Positions 20,546-29,025 of a stretch of 64,000 nt of DNA are shown here, one piece after another; position 1 is the stretch's first letter, and each line of letters starts with the position of its first letter. Made by a program: the position numbers and the translations under genes. The notes under the pieces are model-generated. The model was not told where the DNA came from. It was given only the letters and a program-made list of their open reading frames with translations, and did not search any database. Location of the stretch: positions 3,232,001 to 3,296,000 of the forward strand of contig CAUVXB020000002.1 in the NCBI GenBank assembly GCA_963555825.3, read 5' to 3'. This DNA is from Alphaproteobacteria bacterium (lineage in GTDB: Bacteria; Pseudomonadota; Alphaproteobacteria; JAAXGF01).

Positions 20546-22101
20546 GCCCCGACGCTAGCCGACCGGGCCGGGAGCGTCAAGTAGTAGGGATAATTCCCTT
20601 TGTCTTCACCCTTGAACGCTTCGACAATTGCAGCCTTCATGTCCGCACTCTTAGAACCTGAGACCGCATCAGTACCTTGATGACGCTCTAACCAATCTGC
20701 ATATATGGCCTTGCTTCCGGCGTCATTGTTTGAGCCATTCATTAGTACGATCCGACCGTCAAAGCCGTTCGCAGCGAGCACCTCGCTCAAATATTTTTGG
20801 GTGCGAACCGATTCCGTAAATATGACTGCTTTTTCTTGGCCATCGCGCTTAACGATCTCAGCTAAAATTTCGGGGAGCTTTTCCACCAATTTCTCGCCCT
20901 TGGCATTTGAGCCAATAGAAAGCGCAAGATCCCGGTAAATTTTCAGTTCGGCAATCTCCGCTTCCCACAATTCGGGATCAATTGCCGGGCCTGTCGTCCC
21001 TGTTCCCTCTTCTTCCCCCCATTCTTCGGCCAGTTCATCGACGGTATCGATGTCATCAAGCACGCTCTCATCAATTCGCTTCTTCTCTTCAAGGCGCGTG
21101 ATGATGCCTTGCAGAAATTGCGAAATCGCAAAGGTGGAGGAGCCAAGAATTTTTCGGGCAACCAGCAACACAAGGTGATTAGTCCGGTCGCCGAACGCGA
21201 TGGTATCCTTTCGCTGTAGAAAGGCAGAGACCTGTTCATAAAGAAGCACTTCTTCGTTGCCAGATTCGAAGTCGAAGGTGCGAACAATACGCTTGGTGAA
21301 ATTAATGTGCCCGGCCTCGACCACCTGTCGTCGTAATGTCCGCAGGCAAACCTGAGCAAGCCTGCTCTTGAGAACAGAAAGAGTTGCCGGGCTGGCCCTC
21401 GCGTCGGTGTACATGGTACGGAACGAGTATTGATCGCCAAAATGATGATCGTCGATCATGGAGACGAGCCCGAAAAGTTCCATCAAAGAATTCTGCAAGG
21501 GCGTCGCGGTAAGAAGCATCTTGAATGGGCGTTGCAGAGCTTCCTTCAATTTTTTCGCACGTTTCGACCCGCTTTTCTTATAAACATTGCGGAGGCGATG
21601 CGCTTCATCGTAGATCACCAAATCCCAGTCTATGACGGCAACGTCATCGGCTTTTCCTGCTGCAAATTCGTAGGAAACGATAACCACTGCATTTTCTGCC
21701 TCGAAGGGGCGACGAACGTCTGATCTCAAGCGTTCTCGGTAGGTTTTGGCATCTAGAATGACGCTATCGAACGAAAATTTTTCACGCAGCTCCTGAGCCC
21801 ATTGCTTACGGAGCGAAGCTGGAACGATAAGCAGAACCTTGCGTTTCCGCTCGGCCCATTTCTGAGCAATGACCAGACATGCCTCAATGGTTTTTCCAAG
21901 ACCAACTTCGTCGCCAAGTATCACACCTTTCGATAGCGGGGATTGCAGAGCAAACAGCGCCGCATCCACCTGATGCGGGTTCATATCAACACGTGCGGTC
22001 GAGAGCGACTTTGCAAATGCCTCGTCGCCACTCCCTTCCAAGGTTATGCGGTGCGCCAAATACTGGCTATGGAACGGCGGGTAAGAACTCATAGAGTTGG
22101 T

Positions 22102-22290
22102 CTACCCTTTCCCTTTTCTGTGCCGAGATCGCTCATCAATCCACCGTTCTATTTCACTTCGCCTGAACCGCCATGATCCACCAACCTTAAAACCCGGTAT
22201 CTTCCCTTCGGCGGTTAAACGGTATGCGGTCTTCTCCGTCAGCTTCAGATACGCAGCAACTTCTTTGATGGTCATGATATCGGTATTCAT
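22102..22290 (-). CDS. Excisionase-like / Mad1-like HTH regulator heading the defence operon
   Basis: MTIKEVAAYLKLTEKTAYRLTAEGKIPGFKVGGSWRF; 9 bp upstream of the SNF2 start. Confidence 0.85.
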   Translation of the reverse strand: MNTDIMTIKEVAAYLKLTEKTAYRLTAEGKIPGFKVGGSWRFRRSEIERWIDERSRHRKGKG

Positions 22291-22500
22291 GGCATGCCCA
22301 CGGAAACGACTCCCTATGAGAAAATACGGGAAAATTCGGCAAATCGCAACGAGGTATAGTAAGCGCTCCATTCTTTCTCGCCTCGATGGAGGATAAGCTG
22401 CGCGGCTGTACCAGAGCCCGGTCCACTTCGAGATGGCGGGCCGAGAGTGAGCAATCAGCTCTCCACTAAACCGAAGCAAGACCAGTCCGACCTGTGCTGC

Positions 22501-22593
22501 TCATTTAGCGGAGATCAACCTGAGCCGGGACGGATCGGCGTTGGGCAGGACCTCGACCCGCTTGACCACGAGGCCGGTGCCGTCCCACAGAAC
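22501..22593 (-). pseudogene. Fragment of an S24 (LexA/UmuD-like) peptidase domain
   Basis: Translates as VLWDGTGLVVKRVEVLPNADPSRLRLISAK*; no 5' part seen. Confidence 0.55.
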
Positions 22594-22860
22594 CGCCGCC
22601 GTTGCATGGGAGACGAAGCCATGAAGAGTCGGGCCACAGTTGATAAGCCTCGGGGTTCGTGCGAGCCGGTTCGTCACCTACTTCGCGCCTCACGGCCTGC
22701 TGAATCTCCGGCAACACCGAAATCGTGCTCAAGTGGGGACTTCGGGCTGCGCCCAACAAGTTCGAATACGTGCAAAATCGAAAATCCTGCCCGTTGAATC
22801 TCAAGCATCATGCAGCGTGCCCGGCATACCGTGTTGCGGCATTTTAGGGATTGATTCCAC

Positions 22861-24114
22861 CTATGGCGGGTTTGACGGAGCCGCCGCGGCGGTTGCGTTC
22901 ATCAACGCATCTATCCGGTCAGCGATGCCCTGCGCGGGTTCGCGCAGTTGCCCGATGGTCCAGTCGGCCGCGTACCCCTCGGTGATGTCGTTGGGCCGGA
23001 CGTGGTTGACCAGCCGCTTGGTCAAAGTGCGCGGCAGCAGCAGGTCGCGCTCTGCCACCGTGATGAAACAATTCCGCAAAGCGTGGTACCAGAACTTCGT
23101 GCCGCCCGTCTCGCCGATCAGCCGGTAGAAATGAGCCAGGTCGACGACATGGCCCGAGGCGCTGGCGGAGGACGGGAACACCCAGTCCCGAAGCCCACCC
23201 GGGAGGGTCGCGATCACTGCCCGGCGGCGTTCGAGGATGGCGGCCAGTTGCCGGGTAATGGGCAGTTCCAGGGGCGCGCCGGTCTTGGTCTCGTCAACGC
23301 GGAAGACAAGCTCCGCCATGTCCACCCGCTCCCACCGGAGCGGCAACACCTCGTTCAGGCGCATGCCGGTATACAGCCCGAACCGGAACGCGTCCCGGGC
23401 AACCGGCGCGATGGCCCCCGCCTCGATGCCTTTCTTCCAGCGCGGCAGCACCTCCGCCGGAGCGGAGATCTTGCGCCGCTTCGGGGGATGATACTTGCCG
23501 CCGCCGGCGCGCCACAGCTCGACCGGGTTGCGCAGGCCCTCGAGATCGACGCAGGGCCGGCGATAGATCGAACCCAGGAGCGATATCGACATGTTGGCCG
23601 GCGCCCAACCGTTATTCCGGGTGAGGCTGTTGAAACGGTCCTCTACATCCCGGCGGCCGATGGCGTCGAGCGGACGCATGCGCCAGTCGGCGAGATAGCC
23701 GAATATGTTGCGATAGTGTTTATTGGTGCGCGCGGTCCGTTTGGGATTGACCGCCATGTAGTCATCGAAGGCTTGCTCGAGCAGGGGCATGCCGCCCGCC
23801 TCGGCGCGCCCGCCCACCGGACGGTCGCCGGCTTTGCGCAACACCCGCCGCGCCATATGCCGGGCTTGCTCGGCCGTTATCCCGCCGTGGCGGCCAAGAA
23901 CGACGCGCTTGTTGGGCGCCTTTCGTCCACCGTCGCCAGCGCGGTAGTTGACGATGTAGGATTTGAGGCCGGTGGGCTGCACCCGGATACCGAACCCGGT
24001 CAAGGTGTCATCCCAGGCGACCCAGGACTTGGCGGCGGGCTTCAGCGCCTCGACAGTGCGTTTGGTCAAGGACAGCTTGTTCAACGCGATACGTTTTCCG
24101 GAGGGTTTCGTCAT
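22861..24114 (-). CDS. Tyrosine recombinase (P4-like, arm-binding domain), pair 1 gene B
   Basis: ATG 24114 overlaps the upstream TGA; WDDTLTGFG, YTGMRLNE, ETKTG, YHALRN, LVNH, TEGY. Confidence 0.9.
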   Translation of the reverse strand: MTKPSGKRIALNKLSLTKRTVEALKPAAKSWVAWDDTLTGFGIRVQPTGLKSYIVNYRAGDGGRKAPNKRVVLGRHGGITAEQARHMARRVLRKAGDRPVGGRAEAGGMPLLEQAFDDYMAVNPKRTARTNKHYRNIFGYLADWRMRPLDAIGRRDVEDRFNSLTRNNGWAPANMSISLLGSIYRRPCVDLEGLRNPVELWRAGGGKYHPPKRRKISAPAEVLPRWKKGIEAGAIAPVARDAFRFGLYTGMRLNEVLPLRWERVDMAELVFRVDETKTGAPLELPITRQLAAILERRRAVIATLPGGLRDWVFPSSASASGHVVDLAHFYRLIGETGGTKFWYHALRNCFITVAERDLLLPRTLTKRLVNHVRPNDITEGYAADWTIGQLREPAQGIADRIDALMNATAAAAPSNPP

Positions 24115-25409
24115 TCCGGACTGATCCAGTGCGGCACGCGGGGCCTGCCGATGGAGCTTGCCGTGGCCGTTTTGGCCGGGCAATCGTTCATCAGCGCCTC
24201 GATCCGATCCGCGATGCGCTGAGCCGGTTCCCGCAGTTGCCCGATGGTCCAGTCGGCAGCGTAGCCCTCGGTGACGTCGTTGGGCCGGGCGTGGTTGACA
24301 AGCCGTTTGGTCAAGGACAGCGGCAGCAGCAGGTCGCGCTCGGCGACGGTAATGAAACAATTCCGCAGTGCGTGGTACCAGAACTTCGTGCCGCCCGCCG
24401 TTCCGATTCGCGCATAGAATTGACTGAGGTCAGAGATGTGGCCTGCTCTGGCTGAGGACGGGAACACCCAGCCGCGAAGATCGCCCGGTAGCGTTTCGCT
24501 CTCCCGGTTGCGGCGTTCGAGGATGGCCGCCAGTTGCCGGGTGATGGGCAGTTCCAGGGGCTCACCGGTCTTGGTCTCCTCGACCCGGAAGACAAGCCCC
24601 GCCATGTCCACTCGTTCCCACTGCAGGGACAGCACCTCGTTGAGGCGCATTCCCGTATAGAGCCCAAACCAGAATGCATCCCGGACCTTCGGCGTCGCCA
24701 CCACCGCTTCGATGCCCGCCCGCCAGCGCGGCAGCACCTCAGCGGGTGCGGAGATCTTGCGCCGCTTCGGGCGATGATACTTGCCGCCTCCGGCGCGCCA
24801 CAGGTCGACCGGGTTGCGCAGGCCCTCGAAATCGACGCAGGGCCGGCGGTATATCGAACCCAGGAGCGATATTCCCCGGTTGGCGCAGGCCCAGCCGTGA
24901 TCTTCCGTGAGGCGGCTGAAACGATCCTCCACGTCCCGCCGGGTGATGCTGTCAAGGGGACGCAGTTGCCAGCCGCCGAGATAGCGGGCGAACTGTTCAA
25001 GGTACAGTTTTTCGGTGCCCGCCGCCCGGTTGGGATTACCCGCCATGTAATCGGTGAAGGCCTGCTTGAGAAGAGGCATGCCGCGCACCTCGGCACGCTC
25101 GCCTGCCGGGTCGGCGCCACCAGCGACCTTGCCCAGTGCCTGATGGGCGAGACGCCTCGCCTGCTCGGGAGACATCCTGCCAAAGCGGCCAAGAACGACA
25201 CGCTTGTTGGATGCCTTTCTGCCACCGTTGCCGGTGCGGTAGTTGACGAAGAAGGATTTGATGCCGGAGGGATGCACCTGGATGCCGAAGCCGGTCAATT
25301 TGTCATCCCAGGCGATCCAGGGTTTATCCGCGGGCTCCATCGCCTCGACAGCGCGTTTGGTCAAGGTCAGCTTGTTCAGCGCGACACGTTTACCGGTATG
25401 TTTTGGCAT
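24111..25409 (-). CDS. Tyrosine recombinase (P4-like, arm-binding domain), pair 1 gene A
   Basis: WDDKLTGFG, YTGMRLNE, ETKTG, YHALRN, LVNH, TEGY; close paralogue of 22861-24114. Confidence 0.9.
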   Translation of the reverse strand: MPKHTGKRVALNKLTLTKRAVEAMEPADKPWIAWDDKLTGFGIQVHPSGIKSFFVNYRTGNGGRKASNKRVVLGRFGRMSPEQARRLAHQALGKVAGGADPAGERAEVRGMPLLKQAFTDYMAGNPNRAAGTEKLYLEQFARYLGGWQLRPLDSITRRDVEDRFSRLTEDHGWACANRGISLLGSIYRRPCVDFEGLRNPVDLWRAGGGKYHRPKRRKISAPAEVLPRWRAGIEAVVATPKVRDAFWFGLYTGMRLNEVLSLQWERVDMAGLVFRVEETKTGEPLELPITRQLAAILERRNRESETLPGDLRGWVFPSSARAGHISDLSQFYARIGTAGGTKFWYHALRNCFITVAERDLLLPLSLTKRLVNHARPNDVTEGYAADWTIGQLREPAQRIADRIEALMNDCPAKTATASSIGRPRVPHWISPE

Positions 25410-25588
25410 CCTCCGATTATGGCTAGCGCGGGTATATTGTCAACACTCAAACCAACACAAGAAAGTAAACTACAGGCGCTTCCTGACATCCCATGACGGT
25501 TAAAGAGGCTATATGCTATTCCATAACACATTGAAAAGTACCTATAATGTCATGTTCTGATAACCCCTGACATCTCCTGTCAACGTTT

Positions 25589-25660
25589 GCAGGTGAAACG
25601 AATAACATGATCGACAAGGCACGCAAGATCGGAATCCCCGTCCTTCTCGCCGCCGCATAA
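25589..25660 (+). pseudogene. Probable C-terminal fragment of a SLOG/YspA (DUF2493-like) protein
   Basis: AGETNNMIDKARKIGIPVLLAAA* resembles the SLOG G-T-x-N-M-x-x-K-A-R-x-x-G-I-P-V motif. Confidence 0.4.
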
Positions 25661-26002
25661 CGGCACCCTTCAGGGTCGGCCCCCGCCATCACACAGCGGA
25701 GGTCGGCCCCTTTTTTATGCCGGGTGCATAAAGTCACGGCCCATGGCGGGGCGCTTCGCGCCACCGCCAATTGTGCGAGCTTACGCTCGCTGTCGGCTCC
25801 TCGTTCTTCGAACGATGCATCGCCGCCTCACGGCACGGCGCTTCGCGCCATCGCCGTACGCGGGCGCTGACGCGCCACGCCATCGCCCGGCCATCCCCCA
25901 CTGAAACTTCATTGTTCGCACCCCTCAAACCACGATGACGGACCCGCCGTTCTCCGAACGTCGTATCGCCGCTTCGCGGATCCATATGCGCCTTCATTCC
26001 AG

Positions 26003-26305
26003 TTAGAACGGATCGCTGCCTTCTTCCGACACCATGGCCCTGGCGGCCTCGGCAACCTTCCTTCCCGGCAACACGCCCTTGTCCAGAAACGTCCGCAGAC
26101 TGCGCTCCGTGATATCGATGCCGCCCGATTTCAACACTTCATGCATCTGAGCCACCGTAACCCCCTTGGCCTGTTGCTCGACCAATCGCTTCCGCAAACG
26201 GTCCAGCACATCCGTCAGGCTCAGCTTGGGCGGCACAAGTTTCGCCAATTCGCCATCCATGGCATCGAAGTCGATATCCGCTTCGTTGAAGCGTTTCGCC
26301 GGCAT
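26003..26305 (-). CDS. Small putative DNA-binding protein (plasmid StbA/MobC-like)
   Basis: 100-aa ORF with GGGGAG RBS; KGVTVAQMHEVLKSGGIDITERSLRTFL is HTH-like. Confidence 0.55.
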   Translation of the reverse strand: MPAKRFNEADIDFDAMDGELAKLVPPKLSLTDVLDRLRKRLVEQQAKGVTVAQMHEVLKSGGIDITERSLRTFLDKGVLPGRKVAEAARAMVSEEGSDPF

Positions 26306-26636
26306 CGTCCATCTCCCCGCTGTTTCCAGAATTCGCAATCAGGCCCGGATTCTGCCATTGGCCCGACAGCCGGTCAATTCCACCCTTCGACCGGTCAATT
26401 ACAAATGTGCCGCCCCGTTCCAAGGCAGGGCCAAATTCCCCTTGATCTCCGATTATGCAGTCTATATCCTCTCGCGAAACGTAACGAGTAATAATAACCT
26501 TCTCACACCTCTGCACAGAATGTGCACAGTAAAATCCAAGCAAAACTAACCATTAAACACCGCTTTTTCTCTAGTTCTTCTCGGGGCATGGACCGAAAAC
26601 CTGCCCCGGGTGCAACTCGAAACCGGAGAAAAAGCC

Positions 26637-27761
26637 ATGCGCAATCTTCCCCTAAACCAGCATCGTGTCGACCATCTAAAGCCACGGAACTCTACCTACG
26701 ATATCCGCGATATCGACCTTAAAGGCTTCGGGGTCAGGATCCTGCCTTCGGGCAAGAAAAGCTACTTCCTGCAAACGCAATACGAAGGCCGGCGCCGCTG
26801 GACGAAGATCGGCGATGCCGACGCAATGCCCGAAGCCGAGGCCCGGTCGCAAGCGCGATCAATGTTGGCGGGTGTCGGGAAAGGGCGGGAGAGTGTCTCC
26901 GCACAGCCGGCAGAGATCGCTTTCGAGGCGGTCGCCGAGGAGGTGTTCGCGTATTACCGGAGGCACTGGAAGCCGCGCACGCTCGCCGTCAACCTGAACT
27001 ACTACGAGAACAATATCCAGCCATGGTTCAAGGGGCGGCCGGTCGCCGGCATTACGCGGCGGGATGTGCTGGAATGGTTCGAGTCCCTTCACGCGAAACC
27101 GGCCTCGGCTAACCGTTCGCTGCCGGTGCTATCGGTCATTCTGCGGCAGGCCGAGGTATACGGATACCGACCGGAGGACAGTAACCCTTGCAAAGGTATC
27201 AAGCGTTACCGCCGCCGCGCGCGGGAACGCTTCCTGTCGCCGGAGGAGATCCGCCGCGTCGTCGAGGTTCTGAACCGGTATGACGAAGCGCGTCCGTTCC
27301 AGGCGGCCGTTATCCGGCTGCTGTTACTGACGGGGTGCCGCAAGGGCGAACTTCTGACCCTTAAATGGCGGGATTACCGGGAAGGCAAGCTCTTCCTTCG
27401 GGATAGCAAGAGCGGGCCACGCACGGTCTGGCTGTCGTCTGCCGCGCGGGAGGTCCTGGACCGGCTGCCGAGGAAAAGCGCATGGGTCTTTCCCTCGCAT
27501 TGGCGGAACTTGGACCATCTCTCGGGAATCACCGATTTCTGGCAGGACGTGCGGACGGAAGCCGGCCTTCGGGATGTCCGGCCGCACGATCTGCGGCACA
27601 CCTACGCCAGCATTGCCCTCATGCATGGCGAAACTGTGCTGACCATAGGCCGGTTGCTGGGGCACGACCATCCGGGAACCACGCTCAAATACACCAACTT
27701 CGCCGATGCGGCGGCCCGTGAGGCGGTCGATGCCGTCTCGTCGGTCCTGCGGAGGGCATGA
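26637..27761 (+). CDS. Tyrosine recombinase, pair 2 gene A
   Basis: DLKGFGVRI, LTGCRKGE, DSKSG, HDLRH, LGH, TLKY. Confidence 0.9.
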   Translation: MRNLPLNQHRVDHLKPRNSTYDIRDIDLKGFGVRILPSGKKSYFLQTQYEGRRRWTKIGDADAMPEAEARSQARSMLAGVGKGRESVSAQPAEIAFEAVAEEVFAYYRRHWKPRTLAVNLNYYENNIQPWFKGRPVAGITRRDVLEWFESLHAKPASANRSLPVLSVILRQAEVYGYRPEDSNPCKGIKRYRRRARERFLSPEEIRRVVEVLNRYDEARPFQAAVIRLLLLTGCRKGELLTLKWRDYREGKLFLRDSKSGPRTVWLSSAAREVLDRLPRKSAWVFPSHWRNLDHLSGITDFWQDVRTEAGLRDVRPHDLRHTYASIALMHGETVLTIGRLLGHDHPGTTLKYTNFADAAAREAVDAVSSVLRRA

Positions 27762-27764
27762 GCC

Positions 27765-28940
27765 ATGGCAAGGAGGATCAAGCTGACCGATGCGAGGATC
27801 GGCAAGCTCAGAGCCGGGGATGTCGAATACACGGTTTGGGACACCCGTATCTTGGGGTTCGGGGTCCGGATCAGGCCGACGGGGCACAAGAGCTACGTGT
27901 ATCATCGTTATGCCGAAGGCCAATCCCGGAGGTTCACGCTTGGGCAGGTAGCGCTCGGGAGCGTCGACGAGGCCCGGCGCGACTGCATGGAGGTCTGGGG
28001 AATAATGCAGTCGGGTGGGCGGGCGGAAGGCGCCGACGACGCGCAGGCTCCACTGTTCCGGGACTTTGTCGCGGGGTCGTGGAGAGCGGCGTGTTATGAG
28101 CCCTGTAAACCATCGACAAAGACGTCAAAAGACTGGGCCTTGAACAATCAGCTGCTGCCCGTTTTCGGCGCCATGCCGCTCGACGGGATCGACAGGACAG
28201 GTGTTATCCGATGGTTCGAGGGGTACAGTGCAACAGCACCCGGCGGCGCGAACTCGGCGTTGCTCGTGTTCCGGCAGATCATGAACCATGCAATTTCCCG
28301 GGGACACATCGAGACCAACCCGACCCGGGGCGTAAAGAAGAATCCGCGCCCCAAGCTCACCCGCTTCCTGTCGCGCGAGGAAATCGGCCGTCTCCATGAA
28401 GTGTTGGACGGATACGAACCCAGACGGCCTTCATGCAAGGCACAGGCGGACATCATTCGCCTGCTGTTGCTGACCGGTTGCCGCTCGGGCGAGATGTTGA
28501 AGCTGCGGTGGCGGGAAGTTGAGGACGACACCCTTGAGCTCGAGGACAGCAAGACCGGCCCGAGACAAGTGTTGCTGAGCCCGGAGGCGCGCGCCATTAT
28601 CGAGCAGCAGCCAAGGTCGGGAAGCCCCTGGGTGTTTCCCTCACCGGTGAATCCGGCGCGGGCGCGCGTCGATCTCAGCCTGTGGAAGAGGGTGCGGAAG
28701 CTGGCCGGTATCGAGGATGTGCGCCTTCACGATCTCAGACATACATTTGCCAGTCAGGCGGCGATGCAAGGTATTCCGCTGCCGGTGGTGGCGCGTCTGC
28801 TCGGCCACGCCCAGGTGCAAATGACGCTGCGCTACGCGCACGTCAGCGACCGGGACGTCGAGGCCGCTGCCGAGCGCATCGGCGGGGTGATGGCTGGTAT
28901 CATGGACCGATCGCCAGTTCGGCCGGAGCCCACGCCATGA
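27765..28940 (+). CDS. Tyrosine recombinase, pair 2 gene B
   Basis: WDTRILGFG, LTGCRSGE, DSKTG, HDLRH, LGH, TLRY; starts 3 bp after gene A. Confidence 0.9.
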   Translation: MARRIKLTDARIGKLRAGDVEYTVWDTRILGFGVRIRPTGHKSYVYHRYAEGQSRRFTLGQVALGSVDEARRDCMEVWGIMQSGGRAEGADDAQAPLFRDFVAGSWRAACYEPCKPSTKTSKDWALNNQLLPVFGAMPLDGIDRTGVIRWFEGYSATAPGGANSALLVFRQIMNHAISRGHIETNPTRGVKKNPRPKLTRFLSREEIGRLHEVLDGYEPRRPSCKAQADIIRLLLLTGCRSGEMLKLRWREVEDDTLELEDSKTGPRQVLLSPEARAIIEQQPRSGSPWVFPSPVNPARARVDLSLWKRVRKLAGIEDVRLHDLRHTFASQAAMQGIPLPVVARLLGHAQVQMTLRYAHVSDRDVEAAAERIGGVMAGIMDRSPVRPEPTP

Positions 28941-29025
28941 AATTTTCCGTCTGCAATCGACGGCATGGTGTGCGTCTCTGAACCTGGAAGGGATTGGCCG
29001 GCCTGTTTGCATACGGCTGCACGGG

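Larger units (their letters stand above)
18683..20598 (+). mobile_element. IS1595-family element with passenger genes
   Basis: Perfect 23-bp IR gggaattatccctactacttgac; 8-bp duplication tttgtctt at 18675-18682 and 20599-20606. Confidence 0.95.
17325..22092 (-). pseudogene. SNF2-family helicase split by IS1595
   Basis: N part 20599-22092 (DEVGLGKT, DEAH, LTATPLQN) and C part 17325-18682 (STESGAEGINLQ, DLPWNP, QRIGRCHR) rejoin in frame as EAFKGEDK-SILVSTES. Confidence 0.92.

Noticed and set aside
25607-25660. tmRNA tag-like ending LAAA*
   Set aside because: No tRNA-like domain nearby; the sequence fits a SLOG-family C-terminus better
22861-28940. RIT element, integron or shufflon
   Set aside because: The recombinases are pairs with P4-type arm domains rather than a co-oriented trio; no attC array or invertible cassettes seen
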